Shown here: positions 11,091 to 31,569 of the stretch, piece by piece
How positions within the stretch are numbered: the first letter of the stretch is position 1
How the letters are laid out: the number at the start of each line of letters is the position of its first letter
From: Macrostomum hystrix
Taxonomy: Eukaryota > Animalia > Platyhelminthes
NCBI GenBank assembly: GCA_950097015.1
Contig: CATNEN010000025.1
Location: 3,038,001-3,102,000 of the forward strand
Length of the DNA: 64,000 nucleotides
Reading direction: 5' to 3'
The notes under the pieces: model-generated
Databases searched by the model: none
What the model was told of the DNA's origin: nothing
The model's input: the letters and a program-made list of their open reading frames with translations, nothing else
Translations under genes and position numbers: made by a program

Positions 11091-13514
11091 TCAATCCGAC
11101 GCGGGTCCCATCGACAATGAGACGTCGGCTTCGCCTGACTCGATTGTCGGCGGTGTAGCAGATTCAATTCTTTCAAAAAACTTATCCTCCTTCAGGTAGT
11201 CTAGTTGCGTGGTGTCCGCCACAAAGCTCCGTCTCTTGGGATCGCAGATGAGCAGCTGATTAAGCACCTCGAGCGCCCGCTCATTGTTGGATATCAGACA
11301 GGCCGGACAGGTGGCGAAAATCCAATTTGGCGTGTTGGAAATGCGAAACGTCTCCCACAAGTGCTCACGATCGTTAAACAACATCTCGCACAGGAAGAAG
11401 CCGAGTAGCCAACAGTCGATTCTGCAGCGGATTCAGGTGTGCAAAACGCATTTTTCCTCTGTAATTTTTGCTTTGCTTGACTTTACAGACCAGCATATTT
11501 TCCGTGAATGAATTTGCATCGTTTTTCTTCGTAGGTAATATTAACTACGAAGAAAGGTAATGTGACATTATTTTTGGTGACACTGGACCCGCAGCCAGCG
11601 AGGAAGCAATGCTGCCAAATTTCGCTGACTCCTAAGCACACAGATACCGTGCGCAGACATCACAGGTGTGTACATCTGCACTGACTTTCTCATCGTCAGG
11701 CAGTGTACACTCTCACTTGGAGGTTTGCCCTCAATTTACGGTTTGCCGTAAATTGCACGACAAGCCCCCAAGCCTTCTCTCCGCGACTGCGCCCCAAATG
11801 AATGTGGCCTCGCATCAGAATCGAGCTCTGGGACCTTGGTGCGAAATGCAAACGAGTTAATTGCCCTGCCACGCTACGTTGGTAGTTAGAACTTCGTACT
11901 TCTGACCGAGAGGTCGGGAGTTCTAATCTCAGCCCGAAGAAAACCAATTCGTGCCGAAATTCAATGCCCTAGTGCTTCAGTACTTAACGGGTACGAGGAG
12001 GAAATTCGAGGGGGCGTGTCCTGTAAGGTGTTACCCTTAAGTGCACACCATACCGTACGAGAGAAAGGTATGGTGTTATTTCTTTTCATCCATTCATTAA
12101 ATTCCGTGAATCAAAAAAAATTACTTTGAATTTTAACATATAAAATGTACTGAAATAATCGCATCGCTGTTTGGCTGCGATATAAAGCGATTTTTATCAC
12201 TACCGAACTCAATAGCGAGGAAAAATATAAAAAAATCGATGTCCCAATTTCGCAAAAATTCTCACTTGTAATCGTTGACAATGTTGCCAAGTTGTCGCGT
12301 CTCAGGCGGATAATACTGCATCTGCGTGACACGGGAGTTGGTCTTGTACTCGTTCATGGATTCGGGTGCTTTCACGGCCAAGCCGAAATCAGTCAAAGCC
12401 GGCGCACCGTTATGCATTATGAGAACATTGTCGCACTTAATGTCCCGGTGGCAGATATGTATGCTGTGCAGCTTTATGAGGGCCGAGGCAATGCAGGCAA
12501 AGTAGTAGCGTATGTTTTTGTCCGGCAGTGTGATTATATCATGTTTCAGGGACTGTCATTTGAACAAAAAGGGGTGGTTGCGAATGTTTCATAAACATCG
12601 CAAATAACTGTACCTATTTAGAATAATGCTGTCACTGTAACGATTTTCACCTACCTTCAAAGAGGCGAACTTCGCTTTAGGCATAACAGTAATGAAAAAC
12701 CGCCTGGTCAGGTAGTTGACTAAGATGGTGCCCACAAACTGGCTGGCTGACTGGCCCTTCAAGTGCAGAATAGTCCGCTGTATATGGCGCTCCACCTTTT
12801 TCTCTTCGCGCTTGTGATAGCAGACCTTCATGGCCAAGCTGGTCGAGTGGCCCTTTCGCCTTACAAACATGACAACCCCCTGGCCTGGGTCGCCGAGTTG
12901 AGTAATTATAAAAATGTTTTTTGTGCCTTTCTCAGTTTTTTAATAGCAAAATACACTACGATAGATAAACCGCCACACTACTTACAGTCTTCGTGTTCTT
13001 ATAATAAGTATTTCGGCGATCGACTGCTTATATACCGACTTTTTGCGTCTTGGTTCGTGTGAAGACTTTTTAGTGTTCTTCTTAAACTACAGGTCTCTTA
13101 GAGTCTACAGGTTGCGCAGATGTACTCACCACCAATAAACATTCGTCTGTCCCTTCGTTGCAGTACGAAGTCAGTGAGATCCCAGGGTTGTTCGCCAGTT
13201 TTGGAGTACAGCTTGTCTGTTATGATGCACTCAAACAGCTCCTCCACTGGGACCTCCCTGGCGATGCGCAGGAAGTCGAGGGAGTAGATCTTGTTCCAAT
13301 CCAGAGTCTCCTGAAGGCAGTTGTGCTTCGCCTCGGGTGCCGAGCAGATCCAGTTTCGAATTAAAGGACTACCAAAACTGCCCGCTGCATATGGGGCGAC
13401 ACTACAGCTGGCACCGCTTGTGCCTTTAACGGTAGCCTGGTTAGCCTCCTTGATGCTTGGCAGCATCGAGTCCCTGTCTTCAGTGACGCCCGGGCACTTC
13501 TGAGTCGGGAGCAT
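11091..13514 (-). CDS. Divergent Ser/Thr protein kinase, predicted active, 4 exons, about 424 aa
   Basis: Exons (minus) 13514-13130, 12926-12655, 12552-12266, 11421-11091; total 1275 nt. Motifs: GDPGQGVV (Gly loop), LAMK, HRDIKCDN, TDFG, YYPPE, IDCWLLG, DPKRR. Kinase-domain exons are firm; the link to the first exon relies on a weak acceptor. Confidence 0.82.
11570..11872 (-). mobile_element. SINE family A copy in kinase intron 3
   Basis: Body and head match family A on the minus strand. Confidence 0.85.
11880..11945 (+). mobile_element. Isolated tRNA-like SINE head (family B type)
   Basis: acttctgaccgagaggtcgggagttctaatctcagccc matches heads at 40700-40755 (-) and 43575-43635 (+). No acceptor stem, so not a tRNA gene. 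Confidence 0.6.
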
Positions 13515-13881
13515 CAGGCGCGTGGCTATGATTTAGTCGTTCGCCTATATGGCCTATTGTTCCACATTTGAGCTTCGCTGCGTTCGATGCGCTCGAGTAG
13601 ACTCTATAGATGTATCGTGCGTCTGGGCAGTCCAAATAGATGCAGCTCAGACGCACAGCTCGCTCTTTAATTCAGAATGAGTGCAAGTGCTAATTATTGC
13701 AATATAGCTTTTAAACTAAACTATTGTACTGATACGATGAAACTTTTGTGCTTTCCAAATAGTCTGTGGTCTAAGCCTGGCGAAAGCTGACGACAATTAC
13801 TATCAGCTTCATGTAGCGAAATCCGACGCATAAGCTAATCGCGGTTCGCTCGCCAGCTAAAGCTACTTTATTTTGGAAGAA

Positions 13882-16629
13882 ATGTCGGTACCTTCAATAA
13901 AACCAAATTCTTCACCGTCCTCTGTTCGATCTCAAAGCCCGAACACAGAGCAGCAAAGCGATTCAGAGATGAAGTCAAAGCAAGATAAAAACGCCAGCAC
14001 ACTCTTAGATGATCAACTCCAAGCTCCACACAATCGTTTGGTTTCTCGGCGAAATCGCGTCTACGTTTTCGATGGAAGTTTCGAAATAACAAGCGTTTTT
14101 CGCGATCTCGGGCTGGACCTCAGGCGCAGCGTGCAGAATGGAACTCGGTGAGCCTGTGTGGTAGCGCAGCAATCAGTTTAGGTCAGATAATAACACATAC
14201 TGTTTGTTGAAATAAAAAATCTAAGCACACAACAAAATACTCGTATTTAAAAATACCTTTAGTTCTCTTATATTTAGTCTCTCGAGCATTTCTTAGATTT
14301 GTGTTCATTGAAAAATCTCCAAATGACATCCGTAACATGATTTTTCTCATTTGAACAATAACCAAAGGTGCGTGCGAAATGACCGCTCCAAGAACCGGTA
14401 CATGTTTGTGACTCGAACATTGCGTGCCTGGCGAGCAAGCGAGGCCAGGAGAATAAGGAAGCGCTTCAAAAGCACAATCCAAGCACAGAACGCCCTGGCC
14501 CAGTTGACGCCATTCATACAGTCCGTAATAGCAGCCAAGATTAAATTCCGTGAAATATTCGTCGTCTCGCCGCTGCCAGCAAATATGTACTTGTGCGATA
14601 TAAAGAAGTTGGTGGTTCACTTGCCGCACAGCACTATTCGTTACTACGCGTCCTGCATACTCTTGGGCCTTGAGTTTCTGCGGCACGGAGGCATTCATCA
14701 CGGCAATCTCTCGCTATCGAGCATTGGCGTAGACCACTATGGCAGACCGCAGATTACGGATTTCGATGTCTCTCTGTATGAAAGTATCGGCAATTTATCT
14801 CATCAGCTGGAGGCTTTGCGCTTCGCGGCTCTGCTCGGCATTCTGCATTGCGATAATGTTCGCCACTTCAGCATCTCGCATATGCACTGCAACTCTCCGG
14901 ACCCCAGTCGCAAGGACCTGTTCAGTGGCATTTGTTCTAAGTGCCGTTTGTCGGCTGAGTGCATCGATCCACAACACTGCGATTGCAAAGATTTCGGCTC
15001 CTTAGTTAGACTCATCATGAGTCGTATAGTCTCTAAAGAAGCTATTCACAAAATCCTGAGTGTACTTTCTTGTAGCTGGCTTGAAAACGACCTGCGCTAC
15101 TCTTGGAGCCAGGTTCCGAGGCAGTTCAATGTGAGTGTAGTTTTATGCTGCTGGTAGAATCGCTCGTATTAATCTCCTTTGCAAAGAACGTTTATAACAC
15201 ATAGTTACTTTATTCACTATATGCAAAATTTCTTTTTCAAATCAAATTTAATTAAAGCGTATTACGAACGTATACCAGGAAAATGATATTAAATCGTAAA
15301 TTGCTAAATGGACACTTATTAAGCATAAGTCCTCAAAGTTCAAACTTATTCAATCACTATAGTCGAAGCCGAAGTCGAAGCCTCAGAAGTCGAAGCCTCA
15401 GAAGTATGAGACAACAGATTCTCTTCCACTTCCGTCGACAGACATGTCTACAAACTCGCTACCAAATCCTGAGGCAGCACATTCGTTCAAGGCACAACAA
15501 CCATATCGGTTATCGAATGTTATGCAATCACAGAATAAAGACAAGCAGAAACAGATCACAAACGATGAGCGGCTGTCGCAGTCAAGCAGCAGCTCCGAAG
15601 GCGAGCAGGTAAACACGAGTTCGCATAAGGAGAAACCGATATCGCAGTTCGATTTCTCTAGATCCAACGTGCACGATCATAGAACCGCCTCGCCCAGCCA
15701 AACGGACGTTAGCCTGCCGGGTGTAGCGTCGTCTCCTATCGCTGTCTTTGGTATGACCACAAGCGTGGATGATACAAAAAATTCCTCCAGTGAGTTTCCG
15801 TTTGACGGATACCAGCAAATGATGCAACACCGATACTTCCAGGTTCGATTTCTGATGAAATAAACATTTTCCTTTTTGGAGGAAGTCATACGTTTATAAA
15901 TTTTAAATAATACTTTGTCTAACTTAGGAAAACTTTAACAATTACTCAAAACAGAAACCGTAATGAAGGACGAATTAAGTAACGTTTATACATGACCCAA
16001 CACTAATACTTTATGGACAAAATATTTTTGAAGGCTACTTTTCCTAAAAAATGCTTTTCTATTGTATTACAGGATTATGTTTTATATATTTCTGTATTAT
16101 GTTACATAATACATACGAGCCGTATCATACGTGTCTTAGAATTAACATAGTTTTAATCAAAACTTTATTTACCCATATTGTATAAGCCTAGCTATAACCT
16201 CACACAGCGCACACTAGCTAGTAAACTACACTGATGTATAAATAAGCTATGAATGCTGATAAATGCTAAGTTAAATTTGAAAGTCACATCGAAAAATTTC
16301 CTTTCTACATAAATGAGTTTAAAAGTAAAATAAATTTGAAAAAAGGTCCGTAATATTTTTAGTAAGATAAAGTAAAAATATGGCTCGTATTGGATTATGT
16401 TACCTGTCTAATATTCCATTAACACCATCTCATTGGTTAGAATACAAACTGGGACGCCCTGGAGACGACTCAGTCGCCCGAGGGATTCTGGTTCACCCAC
16501 AGCCTCGTTATGCAGGGCTACACAAGGGAGGCGGCGCCACCAAAGACCAACGAAGGCGATGATTCGGACCAAAATAGCAGCTCCTATTTCACTTGCAGGT
16601 CGCGCATTCTCTATCACTACTTTGGCTAG
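13882..16629 (+). CDS. AGC-like pseudokinase, 4 exons, about 565 aa
   Basis: Exons 13882-14147, 14368-15130, 15363-15842, 16441-16629; total 1698 nt, phase-consistent. IRYYASCILLGLEFL resembles AGC helix E; HGNLS replaces HRDxK and TDFD replaces DFG. The exon 3/4 junction gives QHRYFQ-NTNWDAL, similar to the AGC HPFF..INWDDL tail. Confidence 0.72.
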
Positions 16630-17604
16630 CTAAATTCATTGCTTAAGAACACATTGCTGCTCTTAGTATGAGCGATTAGATGTCTTGACCGACCATTAAT
16701 GAGTCCAAAGCTTGAACTTCGATGAATAAATCTTTAAGACGATAATCTTTATAAAAAATTTGTCCGAATGTAATATACTACTATTAGTGTGTTGAAATAA
16801 CACTTATTATAAACAATTAAATATGCACTACTGTGTATTTTTTTAGCTAACCTACGTTTTAAATCCATATTAGAGTTGAAAGAATCAGATAATGTTCGTA
16901 TTTAATACCTAAAATTGATTTAGAAAAAATACACATTCTCTTATTTCATTCTGACAGCAGTTACTTAGTTACTGAGTACATTACTTTTATGATTAGTTTA
17001 GCTCTTACATTTCTCTGCTTCGATAAAGTCTTTTCAGTTAAACTGCTTTTCCGCGGTTATCAAAGCACCCGGCCGCTCTAAATAAACTCGCGACACTTCT
17101 CTTTGACTGTACTACTTGTAGAATGTTTGGTAAAAAATAAATAGAAATCTGTTGCAATACTTTTTCAAATTGAATGGGATTTGAGTGCGAATTGAGTTTG
17201 TATTTGTTATCTCGCGGATAGCCCGGACAGCCAAAAAGTTTTTGGCGATGAATCAGAGTAATGTGATTAATAAGCATAGAAATTCAATTAAATTAAACTT
17301 GCACATGGCAGAGGCCTTTGAAGGTGAGGCTTAAACCTAAGTTGCACTCATACCAAATATACGTTACAGACTGTGTACGTTTCAACGACCCGCTGTTGAG
17401 TCGATCATCGATTATTGCCTAATTCTAGTGCACACTAATAAACTAAAAGCTTAATGGCAGAAATCAATGAAGAATGTACGCTAAGTGTTCTAACAAATTA
17501 TGCTTAGCTAATAAACTGGAAGCATTATAATGCATTCCAGCATGTATGAATCAACAATGACAACTCTAATTGTAGCGGCACTCTAATTGATGTTAGCATA
17601 GATT

Positions 17605-18510
17605 TCAATCCAGCCACTTGCACAGAAGATACTCGGTGAACTGCTGGCCCTCCGGAGCGCAGCCGCCGGACGATGCGGCCACCATGAAACCATGAGACAG
17701 GAAAAGGCGAAGCACCTGCACGGAGTTGAGGTGGCAGAATCCATTCAACGGGAAACGGATTACGTAATCCGAATCGAATTGATTCCAGCTGGCGTTGCGC
17801 GGCTCCATCAGCGAGTCTGTGACATCCGGGAACAGCTCGGCCAGTAGGTGCTTGCGTCCGGTGACCAGGATTCTCTCCTGCAGCTCTGGGCGCACGGTCA
17901 GAGTGATGCACTCGCAATCGCGCTGCTGCTGCTGCTGCTGCTGTTGCTGCTTTATCTGCGCTCTGGCATTTCGTCGCAATTGTTCCAGCTGTCGCAGCAT
18001 TCCCGACAGCTCGTAGAACCTAACCTCCTCCATTAGCTGATCCAGCTCCTCAAAGTCCGGCGGTGTTGTCACTCGACCAGTGCGCAGGTAGTTGAGAACA
18101 TGGCGAAAGAGCGAACCATCGCGGTCAATGAAGTAGTGCTGCTTCAGTGTGTCCAGCACTATTGGTATCGATCCGTTAAACATTTTCCCCAGCCGGGACT
18201 CAGGATGCCGCGTCAGCGTCTCCAACGAGGATGTGTACGCCACTCCGCCGACGTCGATGTGAACGGGCGCCGTGTAGCGAGTCGGCGTTGCTGGGCAAGG
18301 GACGCCGCTAATCTTTGACAGGAAAAGGGAGCCGACGTGGGCCGAGGACACAGAAACTGAGGATGAGGTACAGGCAAGACCTGCTGCCAGCCCAGCTGCC
18401 AGGCCATTGCTCGGCGGGCTGCCGGCGCGCATTGCAGCAGCGGCCGCAGCGGCTGCCGCGGCAGTCAACAAAAAGTCAGCCGGCTCCTTCTTTACGGGGC
18501 CGTTGTCCAT
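17605..18510 (-). CDS. KCTD15: BTB/POZ (T1-type) protein, KCTD1/KCTD15 (tiwaz)-like, single coding exon, 301 aa
   Basis: TRYTAPVHIDVGGVAYTSSLETLTRHPESRLGKMFNGSIPIVLDTLKQHYFIDRDG, plus C-terminal YVIRFPLNGFCHLNSVQVL and QQFTEYLL, as in KCTD1/15. Confidence 0.93.
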   Translation of the reverse strand: MDNGPVKKEPADFLLTAAAAAAAAAAMRAGSPPSNGLAAGLAAGLACTSSSVSVSSAHVGSLFLSKISGVPCPATPTRYTAPVHIDVGGVAYTSSLETLTRHPESRLGKMFNGSIPIVLDTLKQHYFIDRDGSLFRHVLNYLRTGRVTTPPDFEELDQLMEEVRFYELSGMLRQLEQLRRNARAQIKQQQQQQQQQRDCECITLTVRPELQERILVTGRKHLLAELFPDVTDSLMEPRNASWNQFDSDYVIRFPLNGFCHLNSVQVLRLFLSHGFMVAASSGGCAPEGQQFTEYLLCKWLD

Positions 18511-21500
18511 TGGAGCTCCTTTGAAGAAATAAATTTTCTTAGCCAGTTAAGCCCGTGGAAGGGCAAAATAAAGTAGGCAGGAGTTGAGGCTAAATGGATA
18601 ACTCTGTTGTCGAAGGCCTGCAAAAAACCAGGCAGAGAGGGGATAGACCAGAGGAGCCTCGGAAGGTGCCCTCGGGATGTCGCGAGGAGGAGGGATTTTA
18701 TAGAAACGGACGGCAATACAGAGAGGGGCTGCGCCGCCTGCAGTCTTAGAACTGAAGCGAAGCCTCCGGCTACAACTCTTGAATTGACGCGTCCCACCTC
18801 ATCTCCCCCACTGCCTGCGCCTCCTTAGCTTCTCCGAATCGCCCCCAAGGTCCCGCGCGCTTTCACTTAGCCAGAGTTTGAGGATGGTTAGTGGGGAGCG
18901 CAAAGAGGAATGGGCAGCTTCAGCCACCCCTCCCATCCAACCGGGCCATGGGTGCCCCCGGGGCCCAACCCGGCTCTCCCAATCCAAGCAATGCAATGCT
19001 CTACATGTATATAGGAAGGAACGGGGGCTTGGTTGAGCCCGGGATCGCCCGAGGGGGCCACATTATCATGATAAAATTAAGGCGCCCAGGGGCAAAGATA
19101 CCCCGTCTCCCTGTCTCGCCTCTGCATCCATCTCCGCCAATGTCTCCGCGTATGCATTGTGCGCTGGGCCTTGCCTGGGGTGCAGGGGCCGAGATGATTA
19201 AAGCACCCTGCAGACTCCCCAGCTCGCCAGCTCCCCTCGCGTTCATATCCCCAATGTCTTGTGCGGCAAGACAGCCTGAGGCGGCCAGCATAAAAAAGAG
19301 AGGGGCAGCCAGAGTGAGGGTGGAGGCGAGGGCAGCCTGAGGGCTCCTGGGAAGGCGGCGAACGATGGAGAGATCCACATAGAGATAGACGGAGAGAATG
19401 AAGACAACGACCGCACGAGCTAGGTAGCCCCAGGAGCAGTGAACGAGTTCTGACTCTCCAGTTGAGGACTGCAGGCAAAGAAGTTCCTTTTTAGATCCCG
19501 TCATTCGCTCATCCTGAAGTGAAGCAATCTACATGGCTGTTTTAGTTTTTCGAGTTATGCCTACGTATAATGAATGCCTGCACTTGCTTACTTGTTCTAT
19601 GAGCTGCTAATAGTCCACGTCAAGCTTAAAAAGGCAATATGATTTTCCAATAGATTAAATTAATTGGAGAATCAAAGGACCTGTGTTGAATAAAAAAATC
19701 CAAAGGCTTGAAAGACGAATGCATGAAAGAGGTCAGGGCATTTCCCAAAGCAGCTTTTAGCCGCCAGTCCTTTCCTATTCACACATTCCACCTTGCACTA
19801 GATGAAATCCAAAGCAAATCAAATCTTTCGTCATACCACATTCTTTTTTCTATTGCCTGGCCCGATCGAGGCTCATTCACACTCCCATCAAAACGTATTC
19901 CAAACGAGGCTAAAAACGATTGCACATTCTTTTTAAGCATCACACAAAGTACACCAAAACGACTGTTTAAATTACAGCGTGAACGAGCTTTTAAGAGCGT
20001 TTTTATGGAACATAGGGACATTACGAAGCTAGTTGGGTTGCTACTTTAAATAATAGCTCAAAGTTCATTGCGCCACCTAAATTAGATCGAAATAGGGCAG
20101 AAGTAAGAATGTTTCTTCTGAGGTATTATTGTTCTTAGTATTGTTAATTTTAAATGTTATTGACAAGTCCTTTTATTTATATATTTGTTGTATTTACGGC
20201 GTAATTTATTGCAGTTCATATATCCGGAATTATGTTATGTAGATCTGCGTTTTTCTAGGAAATCTTTTTAGAAGATCGCATGCGGATTAGGTTGTAAATT
20301 TTGTTCATCTTCCTTGATGTACAAAAAGTTCACTTCTTATTTTAAGTTTGTAGTATGGGCAGATATTAAACATGCAAAGAATAATTGTAGTAAAAATTGA
20401 TATATTTGATAAGGTAAATATTTAATTAATTGTATTGGTAAAGGCCTAGGTAGGTAGGTATAGCACTTCGATGCTACTCTACACGATTTTTAAGACCTAT
20501 CCTCTGCTGTTGGTTAGATATAATATAGACTATTGTGATTTTTATTTAACTTATTATGACAGACTAAAATGCTTTTTTTATAAATTCACTATGCTAAAAG
20601 TGTGACTTTTTCTATAATTGAATTTACAGTCAATTGTTAGGCCAGCCTAGGCCTGTCTGCCAAGACGAGTTGGCTTATTTGTAGGCAAATAATATTCACG
20701 AGACGTTGAATAATTTACACATAGCATTTAATTTTGTAGCTGTAACAATAAACATTTAAAATGAGACAAATCTTGTTTAGATGTAACTGCAGACTGAAGA
20801 GATGCAGACATAAAATTAAAAGCACCTGATCAATATGAACTTGTTCATTGCATATACATTTTATAGGCCTAATGTTATATTTATTTTGAGACAATTAAAG
20901 CTGTAGGCCTAGCACCAGCAGATGAATTTATTTCAATTGTTTGTATGGGGGACAATTTTGTATGAAGTTTCTTTTAAAGACAAGTTAATAGTAGAAGTAG
21001 ACAAGATGGTGGCAGACAAAAAGACTAGAAACCTGAGTGGCCAAGGCATTCTATGTAGCAAATCCTGCCATAGATAGAATCTAATTCTGCCATTAAGTGT
21101 TGTAGTCACTTTAGTACTGAATGATGTGGCTTGTAAGACTTCTAATACTGCTAGCTATGTTAGATATTCGGCCTAGCCATTGTATTGCTAGCTATGGAAT
21201 TTTAGTATTATTTTGAATGTTGGCATATTCTTCTTTCTTTAGTTTTATTTTTTAGAGCCTACTCTGAAAGTAAGTGTATTTTGACTTTCAAGTATCTTTA
21301 TCCATGATGTTTCATGTGCCTATGCAGATGTCTAGAAATCAGTAGCACAAAAAGCTTTTTACTTAGTACAATAACACAAAAATAGGAATCATCAAAATCT
21401 AGATTTTTATATAAAAGAACCTTAGCCAATATACTTTAAGCTTCATACTTGAAATTATAAGTGATAAGCCTAGTGTCCCTAGATACAAGTGCTTACTATT

Positions 21501-21958
21501 TTTAGTTATTAAAAACTGTTTCAGCTAGCTTTGATGCTAGGCCTAAAAAAGAACTAGGCCTACAAGTATAAATTGTTTGCAAAATCTAAAAAGGCTAGGA
21601 CTATTAAGCATTGCAAAATGTAAAAATTTGAAAAAAGCAGAAAACATAGACAATGAACTATGTTGCCTAAAGTTTGCATTTTTAAATGATGTAATATTTC
21701 ATATCATAACTAATATAACATAAATATGAAGAATAATAAAATTATATTTCATTTTCACACATTCTTTACGCCTATTAAATTTAGGTGTAATAGCTAACTT
21801 AATAAAGTATTCTTTTAAAGAACTGAGCCTTGTAATAAAAATTGCTTTTTGGCCATGATATATTATGTGATTTATACTTGAAATAAAAAAATTCTGTATA
21901 CATAGTGTTTCATTAAATGTTAGTTTATTTGAATTCTATTTTCAGTTGAGCAATTAAC

Positions 21959-29696
<7,738 letters not shown>

Positions 29697-30159
29697 CCTT
29701 GCTAATTGGCCTGTTGCTAGCCTAGTGTTGTCTGTGATAAAAACCCACAAGTCTGCCTATCTGCCTTGCACTGCCTATCTCCTGGCTAATGAAAAAAAAC
29801 TGATTTCGCTTCCTTCGAGTGCATCTATTTTTATGAATCAATTAATATTTTGTCTGGAACATTTTCACACTGATGTATATTCAAGATTCAACTATGTATT
29901 TCAATGCCTTCTTGCATCTAAAGTGAGGCTGTCAACTTTTCAAGCGTAAATAATTATCTTTAAATTACTTTTTTATTTCGCCTGTCTTGCTGATTTCGTT
30001 AAGTTGTTTGTTTTTTTGTATTCTTAATACCTCGTAAATTTTTTTAGGCCAAAGAATTCGGGTTTATAAGAGTCAATGTCGGATCCACTGTTTAAACAAT
30101 TCAACACTTCTACTGACTTTGTTAGATCAAATTATGCAACACACTAGCTACCCGAACGC

Positions 30160-30850
30160 CCCAACCAATGTACATTGCACTTTCCTGCCCTCAACCCCAA
30201 CCAATGTGCATTGCACTCTCCTGCCCTCAACCCCAACCAATGTACATTGCACTCTCCTGCCCTCAACCCCAACCAATGTACATTGCACTCTCCTGCCCTC
30301 AACCCCAACCAGTGTACATTGCACTTTCCTGCCCTCAACCCCAACCAATGTGCATTGCACTCTCCTGCCCTCAACCCCAACCAATGTACATTGCACTCTC
30401 CTGCCCTCAACCCCAACCAGTGTACATTGCACTCTCCTGCCCTCTACCCCAACCAATGTACATTGCACTCTCCTGCCCTCAACCCCAACCAATGTGCATT
30501 GCACTCTCCTGCCCTCAACCCCAACCAATGTGCATTGCAAATCTCCTGCCCTCAACCCCAACCAATGTGCATTGCACTCTCCTGCCCTCTACCCCAACCA
30601 ATGTACATTGCACTCTCCTGCCCTCAACCCCAACCAATGTATATTGCACTCTCCTGCCCTCAACCCCAACCAATGTATATTGCACTCTCCTGCCCTCAAC
30701 CCCAACCAATGTGCATTGCACTCTCCTGCGCTCAACCCCAACCAATGTACATTGCACTCTCCTGCCCTCAACCCAACCAATGTAAATTGCACTCTCCTGC
30801 CCTCAACCCCAACCAATGTGCATTGCACTCTCCTGCCCTCAACCCAAATG
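30160..30850. repeat. 36-bp minisatellite (ctcctgccctcaaccccaaccaatgtacattgcact)
   Basis: About 19 units downstream of the HECT gene. Confidence 0.95.
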
Positions 30851-31569
30851 AGCACTTTTGGTCGCAATAGAGCGATTCATTTGTCTGCCTAAATGATTTA
30901 GTTATTGGAAATAATTATGCACGTGTATTTGAAAGACGCATACTTTTGGCTTTAGAAACAAATTTCGCTTCATTGATTATTTATTTTTTTCGTTTTTAAT
31001 TTCCGAATTAATTGGCGTAGCGTAAATTTTACCAGTTGCTTCTACTTACATTACTGTAAGTAGAATACCACATTAAAATATGTATTGTTCGGTCAGGAAT
31101 CATAATTGTGCGGATCGATTTGGTGCTCTAAGCTCCAGGTACTATGTGTTATAAACAAAAGTTTAATTTAGTCTTAAGTCTTTTTCATTCTACGAGTATC
31201 TGATGTGGTTGCAAAAATGTGTTTTTTGTCAGGCTGTGATGCTAGCCATTTATTGAATTCTAGAATTTCAATGCATATGTTTGATGTGTTTAGTTAACAA
31301 TAATAAGTGAATAAGTCTAATTGGCAATAGTATTTTCCATTTGAAATTATAATGTATTACTAACAGCTTTTCCACCAAAATAAATTGTTATATTTTTCTG
31401 CCTTCCGTGATAATAATATTTATTTAAAGAAAAGAATACAAAGAATACTTTTTGATAACTTATTTTGCGTTGCTCTGTGCTCTGTGCCTCAATCTGATAT
31501 GTGACAGTTTCTTTGTTGTAAAAAGATATCAGTTATTTGAAGGACGGGAAATTGAAATGGTTTTTGGGC

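Noticed and set aside
18492-19504. Several overlapping ORFs upstream of KCTD
   Set aside because: GC-rich regulatory/UTR-like sequence with no recognisable domains.
30119-30892. Multiple repeat ORFs on both strands
   Set aside because: Translations of a 36-bp minisatellite open in several frames, with no domain content.
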